A stretch of DNA of 63,410 nucleotides, filler included, from Octopus bimaculoides (taxonomy: Eukaryota): NCBI RefSeq assembly GCF_001194135.2. It is 6 parts of 6 records of this genome, joined end to end, with 100 filler letters (N's around TTAATTAATTAA, not from the genome) between each part and the next. Parts side by side here need not be neighbours in the genome. Positions count along the whole stretch, not along the records: positions 13,440 to 35,583 come from NC_068983.1; positions 35,684 to 49,866 come from NC_068991.1; 4 more parts are not named here. One strand, given 5' to 3'. Below the pieces are notes generated by a model, which was given only the letters and a program-made list of their open reading frames with translations, had not been told where the DNA came from and ran no database searches. Below, in pieces: positions 26,900 to 39,053 of the stretch. Numbering within the stretch: the stretch's first letter is position 1; every line of letters starts with the position of its first letter. A program made the position numbers and the translations under genes.

Positions 26900-27370
26900 T
26901 CAAGCTGCCTCCCTCTTTACTGTATCTCCACTCATTTGAAAGGGAATGTAGTCTTGCAGATTGCATGATGACCTGACAGAAAAAAGCACCAAATGCATGC
27001 TGTAAAATGGTTGGTGTTAAGAAGGGCATCTAGCTGTAGAAACCATGCCAAAATAGACTTTGGAGCATGGTGCAGTCCTCAGACCTGTTGTCAAACCATC
27101 CAACCCATGCTAACATGGAACATGAATGTTAAACGATGACTTTATATAATCATCATCATCATCATCCTTTCATGTTCACTTTCCATGCAGGCATGGGCTG
27201 GAAGTTTTAACAGGATTCAATAGATCAGTGGTCAGAGGACTGCATTTTCTCCAGTGTCCCAGTCTGACATGGTTCTAAGGTGAATGCCCTTCCAAGTACC
27301 AACTAATTTACAAAGTGTACTGGATGCTTTTTTCATGGTGCCTACACTAATGAGGTTACCTTATAACTTG
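26900..27370. mobile_element. Two tail-to-tail copies of the RTE-type tail/SINE
   Basis: Each shares the CCATG..GCATGGG..GG and GATGCCCTTC motifs with 21101-21275. Confidence 0.6.
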
Positions 27371-27603
27371 CAAGACTGAAGGGCCTCTGTTAACTGAGAG
27401 GGGAGAGAAGAGATAGGGTGATCATTTTTAGCAATGTGTTGAGGGGTTAAAGTATGATAAGGGAGCAGGAACAGGTTTACTCTTTTGGAAAGAGTTTATA
27501 AGTTTAGATGATGGAGGCTTGAGTGTAGCTCAAACAGCGGTAAATACAGTGATGGCAAGATGCTAGAATATACTGTCATAGTAACATATCCAAGCAATGT
27601 ATT

Positions 27604-28306
27604 GGGATCTTTTCAGTTTGGCTGCCAATTTTTGAAAATTTAAAATTTGATACATTAATGTAGTTTTCCAAGCTGAATCTCAGGAGATATTTCATTTTTT
27701 TCCAGAAAATTAAAAAAAAAAAAGTTATAGAAGTTTAAAGTTTGATCATTTTCACCCAGTCAGAAAATGGGATTTGGAAGCTGTCATTTTGTGCATAACA
27801 GCACATATCAACTGTAAACGAATGAAATACTGGCAGAATTCTGCTTTATGCATGCCATATAATGCCTCGTGAATTTTTTATATTTTAGAATTTTCAGAAA
27901 ATTTTTTGCAAATTTGTATTCTACACATGGGAATTCATACAATTATGCAAAAACCAAAGCCAAAAATTTGGGGTGCATGATTTAAGGTCTATTTAGCTGT
28001 TATTTTTAGTATATCTCACCACCACCTCAATGAATAGCATATATTTGTGAACACATGCTTTCTCACAGACATGCTTGGCTTGTTACTATGGAAACAGGTA
28101 TGAATGTGTCTGTAGCTTATGATTGGCTAAAATTACCCAAAATTTACAAACTTTAAAAGCTATTAACTCTTTATCTATTGATTTATGGTGAAAATGAATT
28201 TCAAAGCATTGATTAGCATATAAAACTATATCATTACACCGAATATGAAATCAATTCAAACAGAAATTGAAGAGACTGAAAATTGGCAGCCAAACAGAAA
28301 AGATTC
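27604..28306. mobile_element. MITE with TIR G(G/A)ATCTTTTC(A/T)GTTTGGCTGCCAATTTT
   Basis: Terminal inverted repeats of about 30 bp; the subterminal sequence is also partly inverted. Confidence 0.75.
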
Positions 28307-29029
28307 ATGTATAAGAGAGAGTGTAGATACAAAAAAATCAGGGAGGGTGGTGGGTATAAGGTTGCAAAATTGTGGAAAGATAGTGGGAGATGGATAAAAA
28401 CATCTGGTGAAGGTGGTTAAATATATAGAGGGCATGAATGTAGTGAATCATTAACAGGGGTGAGGGTAGATATGAATGAAGAATGGATACTGTTTGGGAG
28501 GAGCACAGATGGAGTAGTGACTAACAGTACAGCAATAGTGATATGATATGATAAATAGTAACAGATTATGCTTTCATGGCTTACAGTAACAATAGATAGG
28601 TGAGTGACAAAAGTGATGAGTTGTGGGGTTAAAGATTGTGAGTGAAGAAAGTGTATGACAAGGATACCAACAACAGTGGTAAGGTCATTGATGGTAATAA
28701 TGAGAAATAGGTGTCAGCAGAAAGTGGTTCAGGTGTAGGACCCAATTGTCTGGGTGGTGGAAGAAGAGTAAGAAGAAAGTGTAATAGACTTGGCAGGGAC
28801 AAAGTTGTATGCATAACCGTTCACACAATAATCCAATACTCCAATGCCAAATCAATGAGACTAACACCCTCACAGTTTGACTTCAACTGTCTACTGGTTC
28901 ATCTATTTATAAGACTTGGTGGGTGGCTGGAGCCTACATTTATGTACAAGGCTTCCTCATTTGATTTGTGGCAGGGTTTAAATTTACTTATGCTATGGTT
29001 CATGTTAATATCTAGAAACTTTACTTTGC

Positions 29030-30355
29030 TTTTCATCACTGTCATGAGTTCCAGCATCCAGAGATCACCCTTCACCACCTCATTCCACATCTTTCTAGGT
29101 TTTTCTCTTTCACAGGTTTCATCTAATGTGAGTGATTAACACTTCTTTATACAACTATCCTTAATCATATGAATCACTTGCCCAAACTAATGCAGTCTTC
29201 TTTCTTGTACACTACATCTGATTTTTCTTATGCCCAGCTTTTCTTTCAATATACTTGTACTTGATCATGCACACTGATATTGCATATACACTGGAGCATG
29301 CTTGCTTCATTTCTTTCTAGTCTTAGCAGGTCTTTCACATTCAGAGCCCCATGTCTCACTACTATGTACCATTGCAGTGCCTACACAAGCATTGTAGTCT
29401 GCCTTTCACTCTGAAAGGGAAATGTTTTCTTGTCAACAGAGGTAATAGATCTCTAAACTTTTCTACCCTGTTCTTTCTCTGGCTACTCTACTTTCAGAAC
29501 ATTTTCCACCATTGCTAATTAGGTTACCTAGATAACAGAAACTATCTACTACTTCTAGGAATCCTTCTGCACATTTCCGAGTATCTATTCTTATATGCTC
29601 TTAGAGCTTATTACTCCAATGCATCTGCCACATACAAAGTCTGCTTTTGTTGTTAATCTCCTGTGATTCCGCTGCACCACTTATGTGTCCATAATTTATA
29701 CTGAGTATACTGAACTGAATATCTACAAATCAAGTTAGGCCATTTCCCTGATGGTGCAGGGTCTTGTCTTCCTAAGTTTGCTAAGTTAACCTTGAGACCC
29801 TTTGATTCCAGGTTTTGCTTCCATGCCTGAAATTTCCTCTCTAATCCTAGTACAGATTCAGTTATAAAAATAAGCTCATCAGAATATAGGAGTTCCCAAA
29901 GGCACACAGCTTTAAACTCCTCTGTTATGGCCAGAAGAACTATGGCAGATTAGAAGTGGATATGATCACTGATTCCTGGTGGATGCCCACCTGCACTGTA
30001 AATTCATCATAGTGCTTGTTACTAATTCTTATCTTGCTGATAACTCCTCTGCCTTGTTCTGCATTGCTCTCACAAGTACTTCATTTACTCCTATCTTCCT
30101 CAGTGTCCAAGCAAGAGACACTATTGAAGGTTTTCTCTTTGTTAACGAATGCAAGAGACAGCAATTGACACTTAGCCAGCAGTTATCTCACCATCAGTAG
30201 TACTTCTTCGTGGTACAAGACTAGAATAATTTTCTCTCACATCAATTGAGCTACAACTTTTTTCCATGATTTTCATGGCTTGGACCAGCAATTTGATACC
30301 TCTGTAATTACCTCTCTATCAAGCCCTTGTAAAAGTTGCCTATGATGCTGTTATG
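29030..30355 (-). mobile_element. RTE-clade LINE, decayed RT region
   Basis: LWELLYSDELI (YADD-like) and WKQNLESKGLKVNL are typical of RTE RT; frameshifted. Confidence 0.8.
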
Positions 30356-30363
30356 CTAGTAAC

Positions 30364-30394
<31 letters not shown>

Positions 30395-30398
<4 letters not shown>

Positions 30399-31241
30399 CA
30401 TACAAAAATAAGAGGAATAACCAGCAAAAGTGGACTCCTCTATGCTAGAAATAGATGCCGAATCATCTAACCACGAAAAAATGTTCTCAGTAAAAAATTA
30501 GCGACACAACAGACTGTAAAAGGGCAAGACAAATAAAAAAATACGAAATAAAAAAACGATTAACCGACGTACCATGGTTTCACCTGTTAAAATTTACATA
30601 AGTAAATATCTGCAGGATCATCAGCGTAGTCTGTCGATTTAAAAATATAATTTCCAGAACTAGACATAAGACGTCCACCCGAAAGGGAGCACGTGTAGAT
30701 TCTACAAATTACATTCAGTGTATCCCTTCAAATGTCTTCAATCTGGTGTGCTAAGTCCGGAAATAACTCTGCAGTTAATAAATTTTTGCAGCTAATTTAC
30801 CGGTTTGAGAACTTAATTATTTGAAATTTATTAATAAGGGTAGAAATTGATATTAATCAATTAAAACCAGTGGTCTAGCATATTAAAAAAAATCCGAAGA
30901 TTAAGATTATATTACATACAAAAATAAGGGGAATGACCAGCAAAAGTAAATTTTAACAGGTAAAACCATGGTACGTGGGTTAATCGTTTTTTTTTTATTT
31001 AGTATTTTTTCATTTGTCTTGCCCTTTTACAGTCTGTTGTGTCGCTAAACTTTTACTGAGAACATATTTTTTCGTGGTTAGATGATTCAGCATCTATTTC
31101 TAGCATATAGGAGTCCACTTTTGCTGGTCCTTCCCCTTATTTTTGTATGTAATATAATTTTATTCTTCAGATTTTTTTTAATATGCTAGACCACTGGTTT
31201 TAATTGATTAATATCAATTTCTACCCTTATTAATAAATTTC
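30395..31241. mobile_element. Non-coding hammerhead-bearing repeat (retrozyme-like or PLE pseudo-LTR): minus-strand unit of period 516 nt plus an inverted partial copy, flanked by (TA)n
   Basis: ACATACAAAAATAAG...CCAGCAAAAGT ends at 30431 and again at 30947. 30947-31150 is the reverse complement of about 30395-30598, and 31130-31241 of about 30822-30935. Confidence 0.7.
30566..30640 (-). ncRNA. Type I hammerhead ribozyme motif
   Basis: Minus strand AATCG acagact ACG CTGATGA T CCTG (26-nt loop with ATTTAC/GTAAAT hairpin) CAGG T GAAA C CATG G TA^ CGT CGGTT. Core intact, stem III palindromic (CCATGG), U.U at the base of stem II. Confidence 0.7.
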
Positions 31242-31619
31242 ATATATATATATATATATATATATAATAAAGAAATTTTATCCACCAATGCAGTACTGAG
31301 CACTCATTCTTATTGTTTGATATTTACGTATGTGTATATATACGTATGTGTATAAGGCTAACATTGGTTTCAAGTTGAGAAAAATATTTTAATATCTTAT
31401 CAATTTTTCAAGCCAATCACATGGAGGGATGATGTTCATCTCCATTTTGGATGAAAACACGAAAGATCTCAGGAATTCACAAAAGAGTCTCATAAAGAAA
31501 TCAAGGGACACTACTCTTTTGGATGATTATCTCCCTTGGATTTGACTTTTGTGGGGGAAAAAGACCGTGTTCAATGGTGAATTTGTTTGCATTATATTAT
31601 ATAATATATTACATTATAT

Positions 31620-32990
31620 TTTATTATATGCTGGGTATATGTGATGTTTGTATGTTTGTGTGCTGAGGAAGTTCGTCAAAGGGCACGTATCTTCTATGTG
31701 TGGAGTTTGTTTGTTGTATATATTTAATGTTCACATTCAGGGAAAGAAACTATCCTGGTGGGGTTTGTAGAGTAGGTGGTGGTTCCTCTTTGAAATGTTG
31801 GAGTGTAAAATATTGCTTGTGTATGATCGGTTTCATCCCTAATATTTAAGATCATATTTGTTGGCTGGATGATATTTAGCTTTTCAGGGATACAGAGCTC
31901 ACATTTGGTACCCTACCCCTGTATTTTCTGGTTTTAGCAATGGTGTTATTTGGAGGTTGCTTACTCTTCTGTGTTTCAATGTCCATATCATATTGGACAG
32001 TGATGTCATATGTCTTTTACTTTTGTCCCTGAATGATGCCAGGTGTTGCATGTATCTTTTCTTGAATGAGTTTCCTGTCATTCATTCCAATATACTTCTT
32101 TGTTACTTCATTGGGATCCATGATTTTGACCTTGTATATAAGTTCTTTTTCCAGAGGGTTATTATTTAGAGGACAGTGTCTTTTGGAGGTATTCCTGGTG
32201 TGTTTATTTTTATTGTTTGAGTATTATTGACCATATATTGGCGAGACAACTATAGCTAACTTTAATGGTGTTTGAGGTTTTGTATGAATGTGGGCAGTCA
32301 TTGTCTATTAATTTTAAGAATTCTCTAGCTATGCTAGTGACTACATTTATGCTATAAGGTGGGTTAAACCATGATATTTTCCTCTGTCTGCATCTTATTG
32401 GTCTATCCTGCATTTGGTTCAACATAGTTTATGCTATTCTTGAAGTTGAACCTTTCTAATGCAACATTATAGAATGAGGCGGCCTTTTTAAAAGTGTCTT
32501 TATCAGTAGAAAAATTAGAGACGTGTCTGCTAATGTTATTAACTAGTTGTTTAATGATTTCTGGTGGGTGGTTGGAGCCTACATTTATGTACAAGGCTTC
32601 CTCATTTGATTTGTGGTAGGGTTTAAATTTACCTGTGCTATGGTTCATGATAATATCTAGAAAATTTACTTCTTTAAGGTCAGTACTAATTGTGGTTCTT
32701 AGACATAATTGGCTAAATATTTTGCATAATATTTTTCGTATTGTATCCATATCATATCTGTTTTTATTGTGTACCATTCCCAGGCCATTGTCCCTATATA
32801 GACCTATGTTGATTCCTTTTATTTCTTTTCTAAGGATATTTAGAATATAGTGGCCTACAAAGTCAGCTGTCTCTACACCATCATAGCTCCCCATTACCCA
32901 ATCAAATAGCTCATTCCCATTCATTTTTACCCAATAGGAATTATCATTTTCATTAGAGCTTAAATAAATAAAACATTTTGGCATGTACAA
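31620..32990 (-). mobile_element. Degenerate Penelope-like element (RT 3' half, WFNPPYS linker, GIY-YIG)
   Basis: MGSYDG, GLYRDNG, YINVGSNHPP (32403-33008 frame); KISWFNPPYS (32210-32425); FKKRYMQHLASF...LSNMIW (31899-32081). Frameshifted. Confidence 0.9.
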
Positions 32991-33005
32991 ATATTTATTT
33001 CTCCC

Positions 33006-33052
<47 letters not shown>

Positions 33053-33927
33053 NNNNNNNNNNNNNNNNNNNNNNNNNNNNNNNNNNNNNNNNNNNNNNNN
33101 NNNNNNNNNNNNNNNNNNNNNNNNNNNNNNNNNNNNNNNNNNNNNNNNNNNNNNNNNNNNNNNNNNNNNNNNNNNNNNNNNNNNNNNNNNNNNNNNNNNN
33201 NNNNNNNNNNNNNNNNNNNNNNNNNNNNNNNNNNNNNNNNNNNNNNNNNNNNNNNNNNNNNNNNNNNNNNNNNNNNNNNNNNNNNNNNNNNNNNNNNNNN
33301 NNNNNNNNNNNNNNNNNNNNNNNNNNNNNNNNNNNNNNNNNNNNNNNNNNNNNNNNNNNNNNNNNNNNNNNNNNNNNNNNNNNNNNNNNNNNNNNNNNNN
33401 NNNNNNNNNNNNNNNNNNNNNNNNNNNNNNNNNNNNNNNNNNNNNNNNNNNNNNNNNNNNNNNNNNNNNNNNNNNNNNNNNNNNNNNNNNNNNNNNNNNN
33501 NNNNNNNNNNNNNNNNNNNNNNNNNNNNNNNNNNNNNNNNNNNNNNNNNNNNNNNNNNNNNNNNNNNNNNNNNNNNNNNNNNNNNNNNNNNNNNNNNNNN
33601 NNNNNNNNNNNNNNNNNNNNNNNNNNNNNNNNNNNNNNNNNNNNNNNNNNNNNNNNNNNNNNNNNNNNNNNNNNNNNNNNNNNNNNNNNNNNNNNNNNNN
33701 NNNNNNNNNNNNNNNNNNNNNNNNNNNNNNNNNNNNNNNNNNNNNNNNNNNNNNNNNNNNNNNNNNNNNNNNNNNNNNNNNNNNNNNNNNNNNNNNNNNN
33801 NNNNNNNNNNNNNNNNNNNNNNNNNNNNNNNNNNNNNNNNNNNNNNNNNNNNNNNNNNNNNNNNNNNNNNNNNNNNNNNNNNNNNNNNNNNNNNNNNNNN
33901 NNNNNNNNNNNNNNNNNNNNNNNNNNN

Positions 33928-35481
33928 GTAGGAATTTATCTGCTCTCCTACATACAGGAGGAATTCCCAGACCTGGAAGGGGGATTATACAGGGACGATG
34001 CACTATTTGTAATTAAAAATCCCTCGAATAGGAAACTAGAGCTCATCAAGAAAAACTTGCATAAATTTTTCAATAGATTTGGACTAGCCATTTCTATAGA
34101 AAACGATCACACATCCATAAACTACCTAGACGCCAATTGCAACCTAGCCACAGGACTACATGAACCATACATAAAGCCTAATACTAACCTAAAATACATA
34201 AACGCATCCAGCAACCACCCACTATTCCTCAAGAGGGGCTTAGCACATAGTATAAGCAATAGGATATCACGCCTCTCCTCTAACCAAGCTATCTTTAATA
34301 AGCATAAGGAAACCTACAATACCGCACTACATAAGGCAGGATTTAACCATAAAATTAAATTCATCGATTCCAATAACCATAAAAAAGACCCATCTATAAG
34401 GAACCCAAATGTTAGAAACACGCACACTACTGACGCACCCAACACCGATGGAAACCACACTAACGATATGAATGACAAAGATAGGCATAACACATGTAAT
34501 AGGAATACAAAACGTCCCAATACCAAACCACATAACACCAAAAATACCAACAACAATATAAACACAAATACCAATAATATTAAAAGGACGATTAAGGCTA
34601 ACAACGAGACGAAGCAGAAATACAATAACCACCTGAACAGAACCAAAATTAAGCAATACAACGATAAGTTTAGCTTAAATTACAGGGAAACCCAGAAGAC
34701 TAAAAGGAACCATATATCAGGCCCACTAAAACCTAACAATACTAGCAGGGAAAATAATGAAAAGACACATATTAAAAATAAACCCAAATATACAAATAAA
34801 TACACAGAAATATTTAAGAACAAAATAAGAATAGGCCACAGCCTAACATGTAACTTAGCTACCATAATAGCATCTTTTAATAATAAGAAATTAGACGCAT
34901 TCTATACAGCTAGAAACACCATGAACAAACAAATCAACAACCCTCTAAACAATAGGAATAAATCCAACCCTAGGCCAACACCCCTTACTAGGAGGGATGC
35001 ACACCGAAAAAACAATAGTGCCACACAACAACACACATACATAGACACCCCTCATAACCTATGTGGCTGTAGAGATAGGAACAAATGCAATTTCTCCAAT
35101 AGGTGCAAGACAGATAATATAGTTTACCAATGTGATGTACAAACAAATAGCCACACTAATTCTTACATTGGGGCAACGAGTAACCAAATATGTTTAAGAT
35201 ATAATGAGCACATAGCGAGCTTTAAAAACAGAAATAAGGCAAATTCTACAGGGCTTAGTAGGTATATCTGGGAACTAAACGACAATAAGATAGAATATAA
35301 ACTAAAGTGGCACATACTAAAAGTAGCTAATTCCTATAACCCAACTAACAGACGGTGCAATCTCTGTGTAACAGAATGCCTCGAAATCCTAACAGCTAAG
35401 AACGAATTATTAAACAGGAGATATGAATCTAGTCTAATCTGTCTTCATGCTACTAAATACTCATTCTCTAAGTATAATTAA
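33928..35481 (+). CDS. Penelope-like element ORF: C-terminal half of RT, low-complexity linker, Cys knuckle and GIY-YIG endonuclease (5' end lost in gap)
   Basis: Uninterrupted frame of about 517 codons: GLYRDDAL (RT), YINASSNHP (thumb), CGC-C-C linker, NIVY...SYIGAT...RYNEH (GIY-YIG), CNLC C-terminus. Confidence 0.92.
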   Translation, partial: VGIYLLSYIQEEFPDLEGGLYRDDALFVIKNPSNRKLELIKKNLHKFFNRFGLAISIENDHTSINYLDANCNLATGLHEPYIKPNTNLKYINASSNHPLFLKRGLAHSISNRISRLSSNQAIFNKHKETYNTALHKAGFNHKIKFIDSNNHKKDPSIRNPNVRNTHTTDAPNTDGNHTNDMNDKDRHNTCNRNTKRPNTKPHNTKNTNNNINTNTNNIKRTIKANNETKQKYNNHLNRTKIKQYNDKFSLNYRETQKTKRNHISGPLKPNNTSRENNEKTHIKNKPKYTNKYTEIFKNKIRIGHSLTCNLATIIASFNNKKLDAFYTARNTMNKQINNPLNNRNKSNPRPTPLTRRDAHRKNNSATQQHTYIDTPHNLCGCRDRNKCNFSNRCKTDNIVYQCDVQTNSHTNSYIGATSNQICLRYNEHIASFKNRNKANSTGLSRYIWELNDNKIEYKLKWHILKVANSYNPTNRRCNLCVTECLEILTAKNELLNRRYESSLICLHATKYSFSKYN

Positions 35482-35689
35482 ATATATAATACATTACACC
35501 TCCTAAGCAAAACTAAATATGCATAAAATAGCTTTACTTCTAAGTAGATATGAATAAGACAAAAGTTAGCCCCCTTTTCACCTNNNNNNNNNNNNNNNNN
35601 NNNNNNNNNNNNNNNNNNNNNNNNNNNTTAATTAATTAANNNNNNNNNNNNNNNNNNNNNNNNNNNNNNNNNNNNNNNNNNNNTATATA

Positions 35690-35900
35690 TATATACATAT
35701 GTATTATGTATATCTATGTATGTGTGTCTGTGTTTGTCCCCCAACTCCACCACGTGAGTGCGTTTATGTCACCGTGCCACAGCGGTTCGGCAAAAGAGTT
35801 CGATAGAATAAGTATCAGGTTTTTAAAAAGTACTGGAGTCAATACATACGACTATAAATTCTTCAAGGCGGTGCCCCTAGCATGACTGAAACAAGTAAAA
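35690..35900 (+). mobile_element. SINE 3' part (53256 family)
   Basis: GCGGTTCGGCAAAAGAG..CGATAGAATAAGTA and GACTGAAACAAGTAAAAGA are shared. Confidence 0.7.
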
Positions 35901-36260
35901 GATAAATATATATATATATATATATAAAGCTGCTGTTGTTGTTGCTGCTGCTGCTGCTACTGCTACCGCTGCAGCTGCTGCTGCTATCATCGCTGGACAC
36001 TACCTCTGCCACGTAGAACACGGCCTTGACCACCCTGGAAATAAACGCGCAAATTTTTCCATCGCGTTTGTTAAGTATGATCAATTATAACCGTCAATCT
36101 GGGATAGTACCCCACTACATAATAGAGTAATTATACTCTACGACAGATGTTTTCATCTTAACCAAGCAGAACACACACACATACACACACGCACATACAC
36201 ACACACACGCACACGCAAACAAGTACACGCACGCACACACACGCATACACACACAGAGTG

Positions 36261-36316
<56 letters not shown>

Positions 36317-36366
36317 NNNNNNNNNNNNNNNNNNNNNNNNNNNNNNNNNNNNNNNNNNNNNNNNNN

Positions 36367-36420
<54 letters not shown>

Positions 36421-37577
36421 GAGTTGCATGCAATTATCCAATTATGTTTTATAATTACTTCGATAGTTATTAATATGATATAATAACTGCAAAAGTAGGC
36501 TAAATGTTTTTGATCTAGAATACAGCAAATTAAAACATCACAAGATATGAGTGTGTGACTCGGGAGTTCTGCATTGCATAATTTAATTGACTAAAACACC
36601 TATCCAAGTTAATCCTTTCACAAATCTCTAGAATCTGTGGTTTCCATAGCGTTAAGCTTATGAGGTGTAAATCTGACTCTGCATATGACGCTGTAGCCTA
36701 TCGAATGGAACTTTCCTTTGGAAAGAAGTAAACTTAGACCAATGAATTACTACATCAGATTTGTAATTGTATCATAATCGATGCTCATTTACAATCAGAG
36801 GCACCAGTCGCTTGGCACGAACATATCGCGACCTCGATCAAAAGATACATAATATCTTGCTCTCGGCTGGTTGCGTAGTAATGTTGTGACTGCATTATCC
36901 AATTTCTCCAGCTCTCTTTTTCATAGCTATGTCAAAGAAAAATAATAAGCTGTCATACACTGGGCTAGAACCGAGGAAATAATTTGATAGAAAATAAACT
37001 TCGTAATTATAAACCAACGCACCTGACTGCTTAGTTGTTAGAGCGTATACTAATTGGCATCCTTTTAAAATCGTTTCTAAGGTTTTAAATTTTACACCCA
37101 AGATAACACAAATCTGCCAGAATAGGATGTCAGTCCCCAAAGATAGTATATATATCATTGTGAGTTTCATATCACCAACATATTTTATTATATTTTTAAT
37201 TCATAGATCTAAGAGCCAAGTTTGATGGTGAATTTCAAAATTTGTAGTTACCTTTGAGCTGCCCAAGTTTATCGCTTAAATTTGAGCGCCATCAGCAAAG
37301 ACTAATACAGGAGAGTTCATATATATACATATATATATATAAGTAGGTAAATTGAAATTTAGAGGTAATACTTGACAAATGTAAGCACGTGTGTATTCCA
37401 GCTAGTGGTTGCGGTGAAAGAATAAATTGTAAATCCCAAAAATAACAACAAAACTACAAAGGATTCCGCGGTACACGTGTTTCAAGCTTTACATGTGTAT
37501 AATATAATATGTGTATAATTTACAATGTAAAGCTATCCTCAGCCGCAAAATGATCGTCTGTCAAGATGGAGCAGTCG

Positions 37578-37622
<45 letters not shown>

Positions 37623-37728
37623 NNNNNNNNNNNNNNNNNNNNNNNNNNNNNNNNNNNNNNNNNNNNNNNNNNNNNNNNNNNNNNNNNNNNNNNNNNNNGG
37701 TATGTATGTATGTATGTAAGTATGTATG

Positions 37729-37762
<34 letters not shown>

Positions 37763-38430
37763 TGTATGTATGTATGTATGAATGATATGATATGATATGA
37801 TATGATATATAATTTATATAACAGCAATTTGGTGTCCCCCATCTCAACTTTGTTTTCTCGTAACTTTCTTCACAAAATATTTTTTATTGTAATCTTCACA
37901 AATACGTTTACGGAGATGGGAATGAATGCTATTTTGGTAAGCTATTATTTCATTTTCTTTCTGTTTTACTGTTTGTACTCAGAAAGAAAAGAAGTATGTA
38001 CCATTCCATAACATGGCCGTGATCATTGTAGAATATAATGAATTCTATTTCGTTATCCTCATAGATAGTGTTCATTATCAACAGAAAAATTAGACAGATT
38101 AAATAAAAATAAAACTTCAAGTTTACGTTTAGCCTGTTACTGAGCAAATCGAAAGTATTCAGAAATTTTAACACATTTGATTTGTATCGTAGTTGCTTGC
38201 ACTTCTAGGAGAAGGTTAACTCGTATATACAATCCGTGCTCTACTGAGTCGAGTATCTTACACTTAGTTTATCTCTAGCTTACTGGTATTGCTAGTGAGA
38301 CTCGTTGTGGTGTTTTGCGAGCCGCACTTTAACTTAAAACCCTTTCTTAAAAACTTAAAACTTAAAACTAGCATTGCTGACACTGATACTACCAGTGATA
38401 GCCTTACTCGTCTAACGAGGAGACAACCAT

Positions 38431-38468
<38 letters not shown>

Positions 38469-39053
38469 AACGGTGCACTGTTAGATAGTCATACAGAGTT
38501 GGCTGTATGTGTGTGTGTGTGTGTGTATGAGTGATACAGCGTTGGCTTTGTGCGTGTGTGTGCGGATGTATGCATGTCTGTATCTGTGTATATGCAGGAT
38601 TTTCTACTCATGTGCTATCAGACACTGCGTTTCTTGACCAGTAGCTCATTCAAATGTTAACAGTTTTCAAGTATTATGGGCGGAGTGACACTTCACTCAT
38701 ATGCTGTAAAACAGACCGCACGACGCCGTAGGACAAAATATAACAATTGTACTAGGCGTCGCTTCAAAAGACCAAAATTTAAACACTTTAGTGAACAATT
38801 AATGAATATATGAAGAAAGAGAATGACTAGCATTGATTACTAGGATCGCCTCAAAACACTCATGCATAGTATACTCAACACTAGTGCCGGGAATACTTCA
38901 TCATTCATATCTATGTTTATTTATGGGTCAGCATATATATTCGAGTACTATTTTTTCCCACCTTGTTTCACATTTATCTGCTTACATCGGTATGTATATG
39001 TATGTATGTATATGTATGTGTATATATATATATATATATATATNNNNNNNNNN

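Noticed and set aside
31420-31478. Hammerhead-like GATGA-stem-C-GAAA-GATC-TC-AGG
   Set aside because: The core reads GGGATGA, stem I has no 5' partner, and the orientation is opposite to the adjacent PLE; at best a remnant.
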